Positions 17,102 to 20,000 of a DNA stretch of 20,000 bases are shown here, in pieces (position 1 is the stretch's first letter; each line of letters begins with the position of its first letter). Source of the DNA: an uncultured virus (IMG/VR IMGVR_UViG_3300024999_000087) (lineage: Duplodnaviria > Heunggongvirae > Uroviricota > Caudoviricetes); the IMG/VR virus record IMGVR_UViG_3300024999_000087; one strand, 5' to 3'. Under the pieces are notes generated by a model. The model saw only the letters and a program-made list of their open reading frames with translations. It ran no database searches and was not told the origin of the DNA. A program made the translations under genes and the position numbers.

Positions 17102-17473
17102 CTAACCGATTAAACTGAGTTGATTGCGGGTTTCCTGCACAGGATCACCAACCCCTGCCCCACTAGGATTATCTACCCAATTCCGCGCCAGTACCTTGCT
17201 GATTACCTCCGCTATCTCCACCTCAGCATCCAGCCCCAGTATTGACATGATCTGCAACCCGTATATCAGGGCATCAACTATGCCGTCAGCTACCTCCTTC
17301 CTGTTTACTCCGTCAATCCCACCGCGTATCTTCTGCGTACCCTTCAGGATATGGTGGCAGGTTTCGCCTACTTCCTCGGCCATGCCCAGAGCACACTTGA
17401 GCAGATCGTCATCGTGGTTGCCAAAGTTGCGCTCCTGCCACTCGTTCAGTTCTTTCTGCCGTAGATCAATCAT
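17102..17473 (-). CDS. MazG-like nucleotide pyrophosphohydrolase
   Basis: 'W..RNFG', 'LGMAEEVGE', 'DGIVDALIY', 'KV..RNW'; ATG 17473 with RBS GAGGTGG. Confidence 0.88.
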   Translation of the reverse strand: MIDLRQKELNEWQERNFGNHDDDLLKCALGMAEEVGETCHHILKGTQKIRGGIDGVNRKEVADGIVDALIYGLQIMSILGLDAEVEIAEVISKVLARNWVDNPSGAGVGDPVQETRNQLSLIG

Positions 17474-17518
17474 TTTCCACCTCAACTTGAATTGGTCGCC
17501 CCTCTTCGGCGCTCGGGG

Positions 17519-18460
17519 TTATAGTGTGCATGGGGCCTCCGATTTAACTCGTTTATTTTCTTCCACTAGAACATCGTTCCAATCCTGCCCAGGCTTTTCA
17601 GGGAGATACACAGTGACAGAGATCCCGCCCCGTACTGACAGTTTGTGTGCCAGGGAATATGCCGCCTTCTGCCCCGCGTAGTTCGTGTCGTTATCTCCGA
17701 TTATCGCCAGTGTCTTAACTCCGATAGGTGGCTCAAACCCTTCCAAGAGTGAAGAACTGAGCGCGGCCCATACCGGAATGCCGATCATCTCAGATGCCGC
17801 GATTGCCGTTTCAATCCCCTCGGCAACTCCAAGCATTTCGGCCTGTTCGTACAGACGCACCGCGCCGCCTGTCATTTTCTTTATTGCCGGGAGAATCTTC
17901 TTAGGACTTTCCAGCCGCAACTTATCCCCGGCAGCGTCGATGTATGTCCTATGCATCGTTACCGCTACGCCATCGGCCCCGGTAAACACGGCAAGCATGG
18001 CTTTCTGGTTCTGCTTTGTTTCTGACTCCCAACAGGCCGGATGATAGCGCAATACCCCAGGTATCTTGCTCAATCCTCGCTTTGTTAAATACTTGTAAGC
18101 CGGGTCTGTCGTCTGAATCGGCATGGACGATGTGAAAATCTCCCTCAATTTCTCAGGAGTTATCGTGCTCTCTTTGGCCTTTGCAGATATAGGGATTGCG
18201 CCGATAAGGGGGGAAACCTGTTCAATCGCTTCCATGAAATTACACCCAAGCACCTTTTGAACCAATTCCCACCCATCCCCGGCAGAACAGGTGCATATCC
18301 ATGATCCCGCCCCGGCCTTGTCATCAAACCTGAAATGCTTCTTGTCTGTCCCGCAGACTGGACAAGAGGTATGCCTCCCATCGCCAACCTCAATCCCAAG
18401 GGCAGAAAAGATACCAGGCCATCTGCCGGTTGCAGCCTCTTTCACTTGGTCTATGTTCAT
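17519..18460 (-). CDS. Primase with Zn-ribbon and TOPRIM domains (P4 alpha N-terminus-like)
   Basis: 'GRWPGI...LG', CPVCG...FRFDD...WICTC, 'HRTYI', 'GGAVRL', 'VAEGIETA', 'GDND..YAGQKAA', 'DWND'. Confidence 0.92.
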   Translation of the reverse strand: MNIDQVKEAATGRWPGIFSALGIEVGDGRHTSCPVCGTDKKHFRFDDKAGAGSWICTCSAGDGWELVQKVLGCNFMEAIEQVSPLIGAIPISAKAKESTITPEKLREIFTSSMPIQTTDPAYKYLTKRGLSKIPGVLRYHPACWESETKQNQKAMLAVFTGADGVAVTMHRTYIDAAGDKLRLESPKKILPAIKKMTGGAVRLYEQAEMLGVAEGIETAIAASEMIGIPVWAALSSSLLEGFEPPIGVKTLAIIGDNDTNYAGQKAAYSLAHKLSVRGGISVTVYLPEKPGQDWNDVLVEENKRVKSEAPCTL

Positions 18461-19947
18461 GTTGTTCCTTTGGATTTTGCTTTTCTGATATTCGTGTATT
18501 TTATCCAGTTGAAGAAAGTCTCGTCAGGTTCTATCGGTGAAACGCTATCCATTCCCCTCGGCCATACGCCTGTTTTGTCCTTGTAACTCCACGCCGTCCA
18601 TCCCGACTTGTACCCTTTCTGCCGTCGATACCACTCAAACATCCCGAACCATCGCCGCTTTTCAGCAGGAGAAAACGCCTTTTTGCCTTTATGCTCAACC
18701 AGTTCACCATCAACAGCCTCAACCTTCCGCCCGAACTTCTTCATCTCGCTTCCGCAGTCAGGGCAGTGTGTAGTTGCCTCAAAGATTGCGTGACAAGTCG
18801 GGCATTTCATCGGCTGTTTGTCCTTCTTCTCCTTCTCTTTCTTTTTCCATGCCTTCTCGCTTCCGTCGAGCAACCACTCAACAGGGTCGGTAATGTAGCC
18901 GTGTTCAGAGATCACCCCAGCGAAGTCCAGCAGAATAAGGTTTTCCTTGCCAGGAGAAGGGCGCAACCCACGGCCTACACACTGCCGGAACAAACCCAGG
19001 CTCTTTGTCGGCCTTGCCATGACAACACAGGAGATATCAGGTACATCCATGCCCTCAATATACAGGGCCACGTTGCAGATGACCTTGATTCGGCCCTCAT
19101 CCATTTCCTTGAAAGCATACTCCCGCTCGGTGTCTTCGCTCTTTGCGTCCAAGTGCATCGTGGGGATTCCTGCCTTGATAAACTCGTCTCGCAAGTGAAT
19201 GGAATGCTTTACGTTGACCGCAAAAACGATGGTCTTCCGGTTCTCTGCCAGCTTCAACCAGTTCTGCACGACATCCCCAACCAGTTTGGGTTTGTCCATC
19301 TTTGCGCCGATTGCCTTCTTGTCGTAATCGCCCATCTCCAACTTGATTTTCGACAAATCTATCTCAGTCGGAGCATAATATTTAACAGGGCAGAGATAGC
19401 CTTTCTCAGTTAATTCGCCTACATCAATAATACTTATAAGGTCGTCGTATATCTCGCCCAACCCTCTACCGTCAGCACGTACCGGAGTGGCAGTGGTGCC
19501 GATGATAACCTTGTCCTTGTATGCGCTGTAAATGTCCTGATATCGTTTGGATATTGAGGTATGGCTTTCGTCGGTGAGGATGATATCGGCATCAATGAAG
19601 AAATGATTGTATTGCAATTCGTCAAGCTGCATCCGGCGATGGTAGGTCTGGACAGTGGAGACATAGACTTGATTCCCTTGGATAAACTCTTCCCCGGCCA
19701 TTATCACCCCTGCCGTGATACCGAAATGCTTATCCAGGGTGTCAGCGAATTGCCTTACGAGATTCCGCCGATGGACCAGGAACAGGCAGGTTTTACCCTT
19801 GCTCACCGCCAGATTGATTATCTCCCCGTAGATCAAGCTCTTGCCGCTGCCGGTCGGCAGGACGATCAATGGGCGCTTATGGCCGGAAACGATTGACTCA
19901 CGGGCTGAGGAAACGGCTGTATTCTGATAGTCACGTAATATGCACAT
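18457..19947 (-). CDS. Superfamily II DExH helicase with Zn-ribbon (RadD/YejH-like)
   Basis: LRDYQ, LPTGSGKS, DESH, TATP, EGMDVP, QCVGRGLR, CPTC...CPDCG. Start placed at ATG 19947. Confidence 0.93.
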   Translation of the reverse strand: MCILRDYQNTAVSSARESIVSGHKRPLIVLPTGSGKSLIYGEIINLAVSKGKTCLFLVHRRNLVRQFADTLDKHFGITAGVIMAGEEFIQGNQVYVSTVQTYHRRMQLDELQYNHFFIDADIILTDESHTSISKRYQDIYSAYKDKVIIGTTATPVRADGRGLGEIYDDLISIIDVGELTEKGYLCPVKYYAPTEIDLSKIKLEMGDYDKKAIGAKMDKPKLVGDVVQNWLKLAENRKTIVFAVNVKHSIHLRDEFIKAGIPTMHLDAKSEDTEREYAFKEMDEGRIKVICNVALYIEGMDVPDISCVVMARPTKSLGLFRQCVGRGLRPSPGKENLILLDFAGVISEHGYITDPVEWLLDGSEKAWKKKEKEKKDKQPMKCPTCHAIFEATTHCPDCGSEMKKFGRKVEAVDGELVEHKGKKAFSPAEKRRWFGMFEWYRRQKGYKSGWTAWSYKDKTGVWPRGMDSVSPIEPDETFFNWIKYTNIRKAKSKGTT

Positions 19948-20000
19948 AGAATCACCCGAAAGGGGTTTCAACTACTTCCCCGGTTTCTGTGTTGAAACCC

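Overview
The whole window is bacteriophage or prophage DNA, almost all transcribed on the minus strand. From right to left it holds four blocks. (1) A replication and nucleotide-metabolism block: SF2 helicase, Zn-ribbon/TOPRIM primase, MazG-like protein, a DUF6948-like gene followed by a (GGGNAC)27 repeat, a calcineurin-like phosphoesterase, an Nmad1/DUF1599-like protein and small ORFs. (2) A short plus-strand operon, probably early, with a small XRE/Cro HTH gene, driven from a divergent promoter region with structured leaders. (3) An HNH-AP2 endonuclease and small Zn-finger ORFs. (4) A podovirus-type morphogenesis block: TerS, TerL, portal, scaffold, N4-gp56/DUF4043-type major capsid, probable decoration protein, adaptor and a nozzle-like gene cut by the window edge; the portal and capsid resemble those of 933W/phi24B. 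Family assignments come from motif recognition, not database searches. The most unusual items are the DUF6948-repeat module, which can be read in two frames and could form G-quadruplexes; a hammerhead-like RNA in the early leader; a gene cassette flanked by 18-bp direct repeats between terS and terL; a switch-like inverted/direct repeat set upstream of terL; and a shared TTGCA-type promoter and operator pattern.
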